DNA of 64,000 bases from Minisyncoccota bacterium (GCA_041664265.1 JBAYLD010000002.1:35505-99504), one strand, 5' to 3'. Shown: positions 9,896 to 20,111, numbered from the stretch's first letter. Translations and numbers: made by a program. The notes: generated by a model not told the origin, from the letters alone.

Positions 9896-10330
9896 ATGTC
9901 CGGACCACTGCGAGTAACTCTCGTGATGCGGTGTTTTGTCGTAAATGAGGCGGGGAGGCTTCTCCTCATGAAGCGGTCATTGTCTGATCCCTACAAAAAA
10001 GGGTTATGGGAATGTCCGGGAGGAAAAGTCGATACCGCAGAAGATCTGTGGTGTGCGGGTATACGGGAGGTCGAGCAAGAAACAGGGTTCCTAGTGGAGC
10101 CAGTCGCACCTCTCACCTATGTCGACAATCATGTGATTCGTGAAGGAAAATACAAAGGAAACCTTTATGTTCAGGTGATTGGCGTCGCGCGCGTTATAGC
10201 CGGAACACTGCGGTTAAGTACAGAACACGAAGCTGGGGTGTGGATCTCGTACGATAACGTGTTCCTCTACGATCTTGCTCCCAAGATTAAAGAAGCCGCT
10301 ATCGCACTCAAAGAATACCTCACGAAGTAA
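9896..10330 (+). CDS. NUDIX hydrolase
   Basis: Nudix box GGKVDTAEDLWCAGIREVEQETG; RBS AAAGGAGG upstream. Confidence 0.75.
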   Translation: MSGPLRVTLVMRCFVVNEAGRLLLMKRSLSDPYKKGLWECPGGKVDTAEDLWCAGIREVEQETGFLVEPVAPLTYVDNHVIREGKYKGNLYVQVIGVARVIAGTLRLSTEHEAGVWISYDNVFLYDLAPKIKEAAIALKEYLTK

Positions 10331-10333
10331 CCG

Positions 10334-10377
10334 AATCGCAGGAAGAGGCCGTATGCCCTCCTGCGATTTTTTATTTT
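10334..10377 (+). terminator. rho-independent terminator
   Basis: AATCGCAGGA...TCCTGCGATT stem followed by TTTTTATTTTG. Confidence 0.7.
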
Positions 10378-10395
10378 GCGAGTCTGACTCGCAAC

Positions 10396-11292
10396 CTAAT
10401 TCAAAAACTTCCGGATGTTTGATTGGTGAGTGGTAAACGTTTTTGCATAATGCATGAGGCCATCGTTGCCGGTGAGGTAGTAGAAATAGTCGGTCTGGGC
10501 GGGGTGGAGCGCCGCTTCAAGCGATTCAAGACCGGGATTCGCGATCGGCACTGCCGGGAACCCTTTATGCTCGTACGTCTCGCGCGCGGCGTCGACTTGA
10601 AGCGGCATGTCGCGCTCGAGGCGGTTCCAAAGGATGCCGGACACGAGGCGCTTGTCGGTAATGCCACGGGCCTCTTTCTCGATAAGGGACGCCATCATGA
10701 CAATTTCAGAGAGCGAATGCCCTGACGCTCGTGTCTCCTCAGCAAGAGGCGCCGTCTGAGCGTTGAAATTATCACGCATGTCCCTCACGATTGATTCTGC
10801 ATCTGCCGAAGGCGAGAAGAAATAAGTATCGGGGAAGAGGTACCCCTCGTGAGGCTCCCCGATCGATGCAAAGTCCGCCGCGGATATTCCGGGGAACGCC
10901 TCTTCGACTTGCGCCGCAATCTCTCGCACCGTCACCCCTTCGATGAAGGTAATCCGCGTTAAAGGGAGTCCGAATGCGCCCGTCACGAGCCGACGTGCGA
11001 TGGTAAATACGTTTTGAGGTGACTCGAACCGGTACGCGCCCGCTTGTATGCGGGTGCTCTTTGCACCAAGGCGCACCAACAACTCCAAGGACATCGGGTG
11101 AGCGATCACACGCGCATCAGCAAGCCCTCGCGCGACTTGGGGTGCGGACAGTCCTTGTGCGACGACTACAATGCTCCCCGAAGGAAAATCGGCTGGTGGC
11201 GAAATGAACGAACGATATCCGCCTATGGAGACCGCAGCGAACGCCAGCATCGCGATCCACGGCCAATTCGTTTTAAAGAAAGCAAGATACAT
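10396..11292 (-). CDS. mltG: endolytic murein transglycosylase MltG (YceG-like)
   Basis: N-terminal TM, YceG-like domain with conserved LIEKEA and catalytic-region motifs. Confidence 0.75.
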   Translation of the reverse strand: MYLAFFKTNWPWIAMLAFAAVSIGGYRSFISPPADFPSGSIVVVAQGLSAPQVARGLADARVIAHPMSLELLVRLGAKSTRIQAGAYRFESPQNVFTIARRLVTGAFGLPLTRITFIEGVTVREIAAQVEEAFPGISAADFASIGEPHEGYLFPDTYFFSPSADAESIVRDMRDNFNAQTAPLAEETRASGHSLSEIVMMASLIEKEARGITDKRLVSGILWNRLERDMPLQVDAARETYEHKGFPAVPIANPGLESLEAALHPAQTDYFYYLTGNDGLMHYAKTFTTHQSNIRKFLN

Positions 11293-12671
11293 TACACCGG
11301 CAGGTTAACAGGTGCTTCGCTCGTTGCCGACTGGATGCGCCCGAGGCTCGGTGTCTCGATCGCACGCGACGGGATATGGAAGATCGTCGCGAGCTCCTCG
11401 GTGCTCATCACCATCGCCTTGTCGGGGTGGAAGCCGAAGGTAAACGGCGGATGGAAGTATTGGCGGCGGCGATACGCTTCTACGAGCGCGGTGCGGATTT
11501 TATTTTTTAATTTATCGGTGCCGATCTCCCAAGGATAATCATCAAACTGCATCATCCAGCTGCCGGCACCCGCCTTGATCCCATTCCACCCTTCTGAAGA
11601 GAATTGTTTGAAGATATTCATGAGGGCAAAGAGATTTACCACTCTGAATTTCTGGTCTGCGTTGACGAGATATATGCCGCGTATGCCGACATCAAAGGCG
11701 GGTTTGGTGACATTGCGCTCAATGGCGGCGATTTTCTCCATCTGACCCTTGGTCGGGTTGGGGAACCCAGGGACCTCCTTCCCCGATACAGGATCGGTAT
11801 ACGGCATACGTGTCTCCTCCCGCATTTTCTTCACAAGATCCTTTGCCTCATCCTTCCAATCAAAGGGCTTTCCATTATCTTTTAATTTGTGATACTTCTC
11901 GCCCTTATGCACACGGATCATAATCTGGAGCCACAACTGTTCACCCTTGCCCATTGAGCCCATAAACTCAATAAGGTTGGCGAGCGGGTCGGTCTGCTCC
12001 TCCTCCTTTTGTATCTTGTCCAAGCCGTATTCAACATAGGTTTTGATCGGGAGCGGGTCAGGGTCGGTATGGATGAAGTCACACCCCCAGATTCCTGAGC
12101 CCCATTTCTCAAGACTTAAATCAGCAAATCGCGTGTAGTCGGGTGCTTCAGTTATCTGTATGCTCGGATACTGCGCATAGAGCTGAGTCTCAATGACGGA
12201 GCGAAAGAATGTCCGCGTCCAGATGAAGAAGTGCACCTGACCCTCTATAGAGGCGATCTCAAGCGACCACCAGGGGCGCACTCCCCCTTTGATCCAACGA
12301 ACATACCAGGTACCCTCGCCCGGAGAGAGATGGATACCCGAGAAGAAAGTCTCCATCGCAAGCGGCGTCTTGATAAGGTTGCGCGGCGGTTTGATCTCAA
12401 GGAGTATCATCTCTTGTGCTGCGATAAACTCTGATCGCCGCCACGCGATCCAGAGCCCCCACGCGCCGCCGAGGAGCAGAGCTGGTAGCCACAAGGGCGC
12501 GATAAAGAGCGCGAGCGAGAGCGCGAGTGAGACCACTTTGGGCATGAAGATGAACGAGACCAGCAGGATCATCGCCCCGAGGATGAGGATCGGCCACTCC
12601 GGAAGGCGGAAGCCGGATTGCGCGGTGGACTTGCTCGTTAACTTTTCAAGTTTGTCTAAGAACGGAAGCAT
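11292..12671 (-). CDS. hypothetical membrane protein (two N-terminal TM helices + ~380-aa soluble domain), function unknown
   Basis: 459 aa; no ATPase or enzymatic motifs recognised. Confidence 0.45.
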   Translation of the reverse strand: MLPFLDKLEKLTSKSTAQSGFRLPEWPILILGAMILLVSFIFMPKVVSLALSLALFIAPLWLPALLLGGAWGLWIAWRRSEFIAAQEMILLEIKPPRNLIKTPLAMETFFSGIHLSPGEGTWYVRWIKGGVRPWWSLEIASIEGQVHFFIWTRTFFRSVIETQLYAQYPSIQITEAPDYTRFADLSLEKWGSGIWGCDFIHTDPDPLPIKTYVEYGLDKIQKEEEQTDPLANLIEFMGSMGKGEQLWLQIMIRVHKGEKYHKLKDNGKPFDWKDEAKDLVKKMREETRMPYTDPVSGKEVPGFPNPTKGQMEKIAAIERNVTKPAFDVGIRGIYLVNADQKFRVVNLFALMNIFKQFSSEGWNGIKAGAGSWMMQFDDYPWEIGTDKLKNKIRTALVEAYRRRQYFHPPFTFGFHPDKAMVMSTEELATIFHIPSRAIETPSLGRIQSATSEAPVNLPV

Positions 12672-12681
12672 ATGACAAGTA

Positions 12682-12714
12682 TAGCAACAAAAAGCGGCGC
12701 CAGAAGCGCCGCTT
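12682..12714 (-). terminator. rho-independent terminator after sigma-like gene
   Basis: AAGCGGCGC-TTCTG-GCGCCGCTT stem then TTTTGTTG on minus strand. Confidence 0.65.
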
Positions 12715-12717
12715 TGT

Positions 12718-13788
12718 TTATACTGCCGCGTAGCGGCCGTCTTTCATCCGTTTGAAGTAGCGCGAATCGTTCAAATTCACCAAGATGGTGTTGTCCTTCA
12801 CAAAACGAGCTTTCTTGACGTGCTTGATGATCTCGTCTTTCTTCATCGGGCCTTTCTCCTCAAGCGTCTCGCGAATAACGTCGCGCACAACGCCCGGCGT
12901 ATAGCCCCACTCGGTGAGCGCGTAGAGTCCGCGGCCGACGAGTACGAAACGAGGATCCTTGATGAGCTCGTTGTGCGTTGTCGCGACGTGCGCCTTCTTG
13001 GAGAAGAGGTTGCTGATCGCCTTCGAGACTTCAGAGAAGTGCATCGGAGCGCCGTGGCGCTTGATAGCGAGATAGGCGTAATCGCGGATGCCCTTGATAC
13101 GGATGGCAGGTGCGCTCATCTTGCCCCACTGGGCAAGCGGGTTCCTGCCGATATGCTTAGAGAGCGAGAGCCAGCGCTTCAAGACCTCCTCGTTCTTGTA
13201 GGCGTCGTTGACCGACTTGAGCTCATCAAGAAAGCGATCGAGGATCTCGGCTTCAGAGACGACCTCGTCATCCGGGAGCGACGCATACAGCTTCGAGAGC
13301 GCGTCATGGATATGTTTTGCGGCCGTGGCATCGACATGCCAGCGCGCGAGGAAGTCGTTTGTCTCGCGCTCGCGGAAGAACGCCGAGTCAACCATGAGGA
13401 GGAAGCGGAATCGGTTGCGGCTCTTCTCATCCTTCCCGAGTGCGGAAAGAAGCGTTTCTTCGGGCACGATGGCGCCGAGCGAGTCAATGTAGCGTGCGAG
13501 ATCCTCAAACGCTCCCTGCGATTCTTTAAAAATCTTGCTCGCGCGAATCGCGTCGAGTCCGGCAGCCTCGATCTGGCGCACGCGCTCGCGGGTGATGCTC
13601 GAGCGATCGCCGATCGCTTCAAGTGTCTCGCGTTCGGCGTTCGTGCCGAGGCCAAAACGGCGCACCAAAACGTCGCGCGCGCGTTCTGGAGCGGCGGCGA
13701 GGAGCCGCTTCACCAGCGCAGCGCTATCAAAGGAAAAGGAGGCTGCGGCAATAGCCGAAGATTTCCCGATCTTTTTAGTTTTGGTCAT
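12718..13788 (-). CDS. sigma-70 region-4-like HTH DNA-binding protein
   Basis: RARDVLVRRFGL...ETLEAIGDRSSITRERVRQIEAAGL is a sigma region 4 HTH; start taken at MTKTKKIG (alternative MKKMTK at 13797). Confidence 0.5.
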   Translation of the reverse strand: MTKTKKIGKSSAIAAASFSFDSAALVKRLLAAAPERARDVLVRRFGLGTNAERETLEAIGDRSSITRERVRQIEAAGLDAIRASKIFKESQGAFEDLARYIDSLGAIVPEETLLSALGKDEKSRNRFRFLLMVDSAFFRERETNDFLARWHVDATAAKHIHDALSKLYASLPDDEVVSEAEILDRFLDELKSVNDAYKNEEVLKRWLSLSKHIGRNPLAQWGKMSAPAIRIKGIRDYAYLAIKRHGAPMHFSEVSKAISNLFSKKAHVATTHNELIKDPRFVLVGRGLYALTEWGYTPGVVRDVIRETLEEKGPMKKDEIIKHVKKARFVKDNTILVNLNDSRYFKRMKDGRYAAV

Positions 13789-13855
13789 TTTTTTCATGTG
13801 GTGTAATTTATAGCAAACGCTTAATAAAGAGTCAACCCCTCTGTCAATAGCTGGA

Positions 13856-16228
13856 CTATACCACAAGATTCAGGATCTTACCCGGGACGTAGACGACCCG
13901 CTTTGGCTCCTGCCCGCCGAGTGCTGCAGCGACTGTCGGGATCTTCAGTGCCTCAGCCGTTACTGCCTCCTCAGAGGCGTCCTGTGCGAGCGTGACCGAG
14001 CCACGACGCTTGCCGTTCACCTGTACGATGACTTCTTTTTCGCTCGCTACTATTACAACGGCTGCTGGCCATACCTGTTTGTGCACGCTCCCTTCCCCAC
14101 CGAGTTTTTCCCACAAATCTTCTGCGAGGTGCGGGGCGAAGGGCGCGAGCATAATCACTAGCTGAGCGAGAGTATCTTTGGAAATACTCTCCTGTTTCTC
14201 CAATTCGTTTACAAGAATCATGAGCGTTGAAATGCTGGTATTGAATTTAAAGCGATCACCGTCCTGCGCGACCTTCACGCTCGTGCGTGCGAGTGCTTGC
14301 TGTATTTCTGGACTTACGAAGTCCTTACATTCGGTTCCCGTATCTAGGGACTTCGTAAGTCCCTCTATATTCCGGTCCACGAGGCGATCAATTCGTTCCA
14401 AAAACTTCCGCATCGCAGCAACACCGTCGAGATTCCAGGGGTAGCTCCCTGGCTCGTTGTAAGGACCGATGAAGGCGAGATAGATTCGCACCGCATCGGC
14501 GCCATGCTTCTGCACAAACTCATCCGGATTAATGACATTCCCTTTTGACTTGCTCATCTTAGCTCCGTCGGGACCCATAATGAGCCCGCGATTAAAGCGC
14601 TCGGTGAATGGCTCTTCGACCGGCACGAGTGCGAGATCATAGAGCGCCTGCGTGAAGAAGCGCGCATAGAGTAGGTGCATCGTGGTGTGTTCGCTCCCGC
14701 CCGAATAGCGATTGATCGGCAGCCACTTTTTCATCAACTCAGTATCAGAAAAAGCATTTGAATCTTTGGGGTCAAGATAGCGCAAGAAATACCACGAAGA
14801 ATCCACGAACGTATCGAGCGTGTCATACTCTGGCGTCCAACCCTCGCCGAAGATGCGCGTGACGCGCTCCTGCAATTCTTTAGATGAGGCGAGGGGCGAC
14901 TTGCCGGTGGGAGTGAAGTCCGCATCAGTCGGCAGGAGCCAGGGCAGGTGTTCGGCCGGTATCGCGTGTGGAGTACCCTCCGGATCGTAGACAATCGGTA
15001 TCGGGCATCCCCAATATCTCTGCCGGCTCACGAGCCAATCGCGCAGGCGATATTGTGTCGCCTTCTCGCCCCCGATGCTCGCGACGGTATCCCAATCAAC
15101 AAATTCAGCCTCACGTATCGGCAGATTGAACTTCTCCGCGAATTCACGGTCCCGTTCATCATATGCAGGGACAGCCATGATACCACCGGTGCCATACGAA
15201 CCTAGGACGTAGTCGGCGACGTAAATTGGAATCTCTTCTTTTGTCGCTGGATTGACTGCCATGACACCCTCCAACTTCACGCCCGTCTTCTCTTTATTCT
15301 CACTCCGCTCCCGCTCAGTCTTCTTCTTGGTCGCTTCCACATATGCCTCAACTTCTTTCGCATTCATGAGGGGTTTACGAAACCCTTCATCTTGAAGCAG
15401 TGAATGCTCCGGAGCAAGCACGAGGTACGTCGCGCCGAAGATCGTATCGGGTCTAGTTGTAAACACTTCGATATACGGACTTACGATGTCCGTAGATTCA
15501 GAATCGGATGTTCTAACATTGAATTTTATCTTCGCACCTTCTGACTTCCCTATCCAGGCTCTCTGCGCCTCTTTAATCTCTTCGCGCCACGGGAGCGTGT
15601 CGAGCCCTGTGAGGAGCCGCTCAGCATGCTGGGTTATTTTTAAGAACCACTGCGTCAAACGTTTTTCTTCAACCTCTGTGCCGCAGCGCTCGCAGCAGCC
15701 GTCAAGTACCTGTTCATTAGCGAGTACGGTCAAACACTTCGGACACCATTTCACCGCTGCCTCTCGTCGCTCAGCGAGTCCGTGCTCAAAGAGCTTCGCG
15801 AAGAGCCACTGCGTCCACTGGTAATAGCTCGGCTCACAGGTCACCACTTCTTTACTCCAATCAAACGATGCGCCCATAGAGGCAAGCTGCTCGCGCATGC
15901 GTGTCATATTGGCGTAGGTCCACGCCTTAGGGTCCTCGCCATGCTTCATCGCCGCGTTCTCAGCCGGGAGTCCGAAGGCGTCAAAGCCGATCGGGAAGAG
16001 GACATTCTTCCCTTGTGCGCGCAGGAGGCGCGCATAGATATCGGTTACCGCGAAGGCATACCAATGGCCGATGTGCAGATCTCCCGATGGGTACGGGAAT
16101 TCAACAAGGAGGTAATACGGCTCCTTACCGCCAGCTGGCGGATCATCAGAGAGATCGGCACGATATAGATCAAGCTCCGCCCACTTCGCTTGGACTTTTT
16201 TTTCTATTTCTCGGTGGTCATACGCCAT
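13856..16228 (-). CDS. leuS: leucyl-tRNA synthetase
   Basis: HIGH motif PYPSGDLHIGHW, KMSKS, editing and anticodon-binding regions; 790 aa. Confidence 0.9.
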   Translation of the reverse strand: MAYDHREIEKKVQAKWAELDLYRADLSDDPPAGGKEPYYLLVEFPYPSGDLHIGHWYAFAVTDIYARLLRAQGKNVLFPIGFDAFGLPAENAAMKHGEDPKAWTYANMTRMREQLASMGASFDWSKEVVTCEPSYYQWTQWLFAKLFEHGLAERREAAVKWCPKCLTVLANEQVLDGCCERCGTEVEEKRLTQWFLKITQHAERLLTGLDTLPWREEIKEAQRAWIGKSEGAKIKFNVRTSDSESTDIVSPYIEVFTTRPDTIFGATYLVLAPEHSLLQDEGFRKPLMNAKEVEAYVEATKKKTERERSENKEKTGVKLEGVMAVNPATKEEIPIYVADYVLGSYGTGGIMAVPAYDERDREFAEKFNLPIREAEFVDWDTVASIGGEKATQYRLRDWLVSRQRYWGCPIPIVYDPEGTPHAIPAEHLPWLLPTDADFTPTGKSPLASSKELQERVTRIFGEGWTPEYDTLDTFVDSSWYFLRYLDPKDSNAFSDTELMKKWLPINRYSGGSEHTTMHLLYARFFTQALYDLALVPVEEPFTERFNRGLIMGPDGAKMSKSKGNVINPDEFVQKHGADAVRIYLAFIGPYNEPGSYPWNLDGVAAMRKFLERIDRLVDRNIEGLTKSLDTGTECKDFVSPEIQQALARTSVKVAQDGDRFKFNTSISTLMILVNELEKQESISKDTLAQLVIMLAPFAPHLAEDLWEKLGGEGSVHKQVWPAAVVIVASEKEVIVQVNGKRRGSVTLAQDASEEAVTAEALKIPTVAAALGGQEPKRVVYVPGKILNLVV
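14310..14363. repeat. 54-bp family-A palindromic element in frame in leuS (translated GLTKSLDTGTECKDFVSP)
   Basis: GGACTTACGAAGTCC...GGACTTCGTAAGTCCC; shares GAATGTAAGGACTTCG with uvrA copy at 63855-63876. Confidence 0.8.
15475..15493. repeat. 19-bp family-A half element ACGGACTTACGATGTCCGT in frame in leuS (translated TDIVSPY)
   Basis: same GGACATCGTAAGTCC core and same DIVSP peptide as alaS copy. Confidence 0.75.
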
Positions 16229-16264
16229 GAGGGTTCAACAAGATTCAACTTTCGGAATTCGGAT

Positions 16265-17236
16265 TTAAGGTTGAACCTTGGTATTGAACGGCGGAAAGAA
16301 CGCGGGATCAATCGTCCGGTCGAAGCATACCTGCCCCGCGCCGTGCTGCCAGTTGTCTTGCAACGAACCCTTTATGCCCGCCGGCGTAGGTACCGAGGAA
16401 AATTCGCGGCCCTCGAACGAGATGGTTTGATTCCCGCGGCTTTCTGCATTGAACACCGCGCAAAGCTTGAATGAGAGCCCCTCGCCTGGCTGATAAACAT
16501 AAGGCTCTCCTGTTTGAGGATCGACCGGCAGCGGGCCGAACGAGAGCGAGTTGTTGAGGTCGGCAATCGTTCCCGGCAATTTTTGTTTCGCTTGGTAATA
16601 GGTGGTGATTTGGGATTGGATATTCTGTAAGTCGCCCACCTTCTGTGCATCAAAGCGCGCAAGGCGCGCTTGGCCCGGAGTGCCGACGATAAAGAATCCT
16701 GAAATTATCGTGGCAGCCGCGAGAATCGCGACGCCGATACGTACCCAATTTCTCCGGTTGGGGAACGCATCCCAGTACCCCTTCAGGTCTGCGCTGAAGT
16801 GCATGAAGACTCCCGCCGCAACCAGCAAGATGACCAGCACCTTGAGCAAAAAGGCGGTCGTGAGCGTCTCGCCGTTTAAGAAGGTGGTGAGGAGCGTAAT
16901 AAGATCTATCGCGATGGTGATCCCGGCGACAAAGAGCGTCAATATAAGCGCCCACCGACGCACCCAGATATCTTTGCGGGAAGGATCGCGAGAAATGTCT
17001 TGGTGTATGAGCTTCATGAGGAATAGATAGGCCGGAAGCAGGACAATAAGCGACGCCATCTCGTAGCTGATGCCGCTCTGGTAGGGGTCGGCCGGGAAGA
17101 AGGAAAGCGCGTCAGGAAACGAATAGTTAATGTAATCGAAGATAAGGAAGATGAATGCGATCACGCTCCAATAAAAAGAGACCATCGCTCCTGCCCACAA
17201 GAAGAAATCCTTCGGTGTTATTTTGGTGGTGTTCAT
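16265..17236 (-). CDS. hypothetical polytopic membrane protein with C-terminal soluble domain
   Basis: 323 aa, about 6 TM helices then a Gly/Pro-rich domain. Confidence 0.45.
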   Translation of the reverse strand: MNTTKITPKDFFLWAGAMVSFYWSVIAFIFLIFDYINYSFPDALSFFPADPYQSGISYEMASLIVLLPAYLFLMKLIHQDISRDPSRKDIWVRRWALILTLFVAGITIAIDLITLLTTFLNGETLTTAFLLKVLVILLVAAGVFMHFSADLKGYWDAFPNRRNWVRIGVAILAAATIISGFFIVGTPGQARLARFDAQKVGDLQNIQSQITTYYQAKQKLPGTIADLNNSLSFGPLPVDPQTGEPYVYQPGEGLSFKLCAVFNAESRGNQTISFEGREFSSVPTPAGIKGSLQDNWQHGAGQVCFDRTIDPAFFPPFNTKVQP

Positions 17237-17244
17237 AGAGGCGC

Positions 17245-17253
17245 ATTATACCA
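17245..17253 (-). promoter_or_regulatory. extended -10 element TGGTATAAT 8 nt upstream of ATG (leaderless-type)
   Basis: minus-strand TTTATGGTATAAT; same motif at 33904, 35393, 43066, 45874, 48524/48541, 63940. Confidence 0.45.
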
Positions 17254-17254
17254 T

Positions 17255-17320
17255 AAAAACAGAAACCCCCGCGCAAGCTCTGCAAGCGCGGGGGTCGATT
17301 GTGCATACCGGGTATGCACA
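17255..17320 (-). terminator. terminator hairpin CCCCCGCGC...GCGCGGGGG + T-tract, preceded by perfect palindrome TGTGCATACCGGGTATGCACA
   Basis: minus-strand stem followed by TTTCTGTTTTT; second 21-bp palindrome at 17300-17320. Confidence 0.6.
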
Positions 17321-17323
17321 TGA

Positions 17324-17875
17324 TTAGGTCGGTTCGGGAACAGGTTCTGCTTCGGGCTTCTGACTTCTCAACCATTGAAGCCCCTTCTTGAGCCACTCCA
17401 GCACCTTGTTTTTGCCGGGAGGTCGCGGGATGCAGATTGAAAAGTATACCCACGCGATCCAACATATTACCGAGGCGAACAAAAATAATGGAATCATCAA
17501 GCTAGCCTTATTCCTCAAAGGTGAGGCCAACACGCCTAACAGTATGGACCAAATGAGTCCGCAAACCAATATTGTGAATATTCGCAAGGGCGTCCGATGA
17601 AAGATAGAAAGCCAGAGTCTGTTGTTTACCAGAAACTCAGTCTCCTCGTACTCCACTCTTCGGATAAGGACTCCTACAACAACTGTAGTAATCGAGACGT
17701 ACCCTACGATTAGAGGAATGAATTTGATCACCAAAGCCGCCCAGAGAAATACAAAAGCCAGAACCAGTGACCACTTCTCGAACTTAAACTTTGTTACTTC
17801 TCCGATGAGCTCTTGGGTGCTATCACACACCCACTGTGCCGCGCTCAACAACTTGCCATCTATCCATCTGAGCAT
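17324..17875 (-). CDS. hypothetical membrane protein
   Basis: 183 aa, 4 predicted TM helices. Confidence 0.4.
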   Translation of the reverse strand: MLRWIDGKLLSAAQWVCDSTQELIGEVTKFKFEKWSLVLAFVFLWAALVIKFIPLIVGYVSITTVVVGVLIRRVEYEETEFLVNNRLWLSIFHRTPLRIFTILVCGLIWSILLGVLASPLRNKASLMIPLFLFASVICWIAWVYFSICIPRPPGKNKVLEWLKKGLQWLRSQKPEAEPVPEPT

Positions 17876-18013
17876 TTCAATTCCCTCCTTCCTTTTCTCG
17901 TTAGTAGTTAGTACATCCGGCGCTTAGCATACCGGATCTAATATATCCGTCAACTATCCAAAACAGAATGCGGTCGCATCATGTTGTGGATACCTGTTGC
18001 GAGCGTTTGAGAC

Positions 18014-18056
18014 CGCGAGGTGACACCTTACGGTTGCCGTAAGGTGTCACCTCGCG
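18014..18056. repeat. 43-bp family-B palindrome just downstream of ychF (terminator-like)
   Basis: CGCGAGGTGACACCTTACGG-TTG-CCGTAAGGTGTCACCTCGCG; same sequence occurs in frame in uvrC at 60282-60328. Confidence 0.75.
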
Positions 18057-18061
18057 TCCCG

Positions 18062-19159
18062 CTAGCCGTGGAGGAATACCATCACATCGCCGTCCTTGAC
18101 GATGTAATCCTTCCCTTCTGTTCGCACTTTTGCAGTCTCGCGCGCGGCGGCCCACGAGCCGGCAGAGAGGAGATCGTCGGTCGAGACGACTTCAGCGCGG
18201 ATAAACTTATCCAAAAAGTCGTTGTGGATAGCGGCGCCGGCAACCGGCGCCGTACTCCCCGCTTGAATCGTCCACGCGCGCGTCTCGTCGGTGCCGGTGG
18301 TAAAAAATGAGATCAGCCCGAGCGTGTCATAGGCGCTGCGAATCAGACTCGCAAGCCCGTCTTCTTGGGCGCCGAATTCTTGGCGGAAGGTGTGGCGGTC
18401 TTCATCAGCGACGTCATTCAACTCACGCTCGATCGCGGCGTCGACGCGTACGTAGCGCGACCCGAGCGCTTTAATGAGCTCATACGCCCGCTCCGCGCGG
18501 CCATCTGCGAGTTCATCGAGATTGTGCCCGCCATTTTTTGTATTAAGCGCATAGAGGATCGGCTTCATGGTGAGCAGGTTTAAGGTCGCGATGCGCTTCT
18601 TCTCATCGTCGGTGATCCCCGCGTGGAGAGCGAGCTTCCCTGCAGCAAAAGTTTGTTCGAGTTTGGCAAGCACAGCATCCTCCTCGATCGCATCCTTGCG
18701 TCCGGCCTTGATGTCGCCTGCGATCTTGTCGCGGCGCTTACGCACCTGTTCGGCATCGGCGAGCGCGAGTTCCACATTGATGATCTCGATATCCTTATAG
18801 GGCTCGATAGCCTCTTCGACGTGGGTGATGTTTGGATCGTCAAAGAAGCGCACCACTTCGAGTATCGCATCTGTCTCGCGGATATTCGCGAGGAATTGGT
18901 TCCCGAGCCCCTCTCCGTCTGCGGCACCCTTCACCAGCCCCGCGATGTCTACGAACTCGATCGCCGCCGGGATCGTTTTTGCCGATTTTGACAGGTCCGC
19001 GAGCTTCTCGAGCCGCGCATCCGGCACACCGACCACACCCACTGATGGGTCGATGGTGCAGAATGGATAATTCTCCGCCGGCACCGACGCCTTCGTGAGC
19101 GCGTTAAAGAGCGTGGACTTCCCCACGTTCGGCAATCCGACAATGCCTATCTTCAGCAT
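18062..19159 (-). CDS. ychF: ribosome-binding ATPase YchF (Obg-family GTPase)
   Basis: GIVGLPNVGKSTLFNALT G1 motif, NxxE, TGS-like C-terminus; start at MLKIGIVG. Confidence 0.85.
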   Translation of the reverse strand: MLKIGIVGLPNVGKSTLFNALTKASVPAENYPFCTIDPSVGVVGVPDARLEKLADLSKSAKTIPAAIEFVDIAGLVKGAADGEGLGNQFLANIRETDAILEVVRFFDDPNITHVEEAIEPYKDIEIINVELALADAEQVRKRRDKIAGDIKAGRKDAIEEDAVLAKLEQTFAAGKLALHAGITDDEKKRIATLNLLTMKPILYALNTKNGGHNLDELADGRAERAYELIKALGSRYVRVDAAIERELNDVADEDRHTFRQEFGAQEDGLASLIRSAYDTLGLISFFTTGTDETRAWTIQAGSTAPVAGAAIHNDFLDKFIRAEVVSTDDLLSAGSWAAARETAKVRTEGKDYIVKDGDVMVFLHG

Positions 19160-19216
19160 GTTACCCACTATTGCCTTTTTCTATTCAAATTTCAAGCCCA
19201 AGAATATTCAACTTAT

Positions 19217-19261
19217 GACAAAAAAGAAAGGACCTAACAAGTTTTAAGCTTGTCAGGTCCT
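19217..19261 (-). terminator. rho-independent terminator closing the AT-rich operon
   Basis: AGGACCTGACAAG-CTTAAAAC-TTGTTAGGTCCT then TTCTTTTTTGT on minus strand. Confidence 0.6.
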
Positions 19262-19301
19262 GTGTTTGCTACAACAACTTAATCAACTTTGATTTGTACA
19301 A

Positions 19302-20111
19302 TCACACCTGTGTCTTCCTTACCAAGGCGAAACCATCGGTCTGAAGCAGGATGCCTTTCTTTCGTTCGATGTAACTTAAGATATCTTCTTGAATGTCCTT
19401 GGGGTATTCTCCCCATCGCTTATTCAAGAAAAATTCGACGATTGAAATTACGTCTCGCATATTGCCCGCTATTGGCAAGTGTAATTCTGAATTGGCACTG
19501 CATGTTGATACTTCTATCGATCTGGTTTTGGCCAATTCATAGAATATATCGAGTGCGCTATCGATGGTTAAAGAATGATAACTTTCTTTCATTAACCGGG
19601 ATTTGAATGTAGATCTGAATTCGTGAATGTCATCATTTTTTCTTAAAACAACAACTAGACAACCATCAGAATTCAGCATGTCCAACATCCTCTTGTAAAT
19701 TCGCGGCAACACATCTCGTGCAAACGGAAGATGCGATACCAAGATTACATCGAATGAATTACTCGGCACAAAATCATCAAAAGTAGAGGGATTAATTTCT
19801 ACTTCAGCATACGGAGGAAATTGCTTTGCAATCAATCGCAATCGTTTTATTAAATCCTTGCTCGGCTCAAGCAAAGTTATGCTTACTCTTTTAAGTCGCC
19901 GAGCTCTGATTTTATTTAACGACAACCGAAGATATTCGCCATTTCCTGAACCAATGTCCAAAAGATTCAAATTATCTCGATTGAGTAATTTCCTTAGCAG
20001 ATTCGCTAGCACCGCTGATGATTTTTCCTTTTCGCTGGTGTACTTCAAGAATGTTTCGAAGACCGACTCTTCTTGTTTATCAAGATATTCGAATCCAACG
20101 TCTTTCCCCAT
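19302..20111 (-). CDS. class I SAM-dependent methyltransferase
   Basis: motif I LLDIGSGNGEY; AT-rich codon usage unlike flanks. Confidence 0.65.
   Translation of the reverse strand: MGKDVGFEYLDKQEESVFETFLKYTSEKEKSSAVLANLLRKLLNRDNLNLLDIGSGNGEYLRLSLNKIRARRLKRVSITLLEPSKDLIKRLRLIAKQFPPYAEVEINPSTFDDFVPSNSFDVILVSHLPFARDVLPRIYKRMLDMLNSDGCLVVVLRKNDDIHEFRSTFKSRLMKESYHSLTIDSALDIFYELAKTRSIEVSTCSANSELHLPIAGNMRDVISIVEFFLNKRWGEYPKDIQEDILSYIERKKGILLQTDGFALVRKTQV

Noticed and set aside
12820-13806. 328-aa plus-strand ORF
   Set aside because: It lies entirely antisense to the sigma-region-4-like gene. Its Arg/Ala-rich, low-complexity translation is typical of a shadow ORF in high-GC DNA.
16229-16264. T-box or leader riboswitch upstream of leuS
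   Set aside because: The gap is only 36 nt and contains just a GGTTCAAC/GTTGAACC stem, far too short for a T-box.
18020-18310. 96-aa ORF starting MTPYGCRKVSPR
   Set aside because: Its N-terminus is simply the family-B palindrome read through. The rest is antisense to ychF, so it is a spurious ORF created by the repeat.
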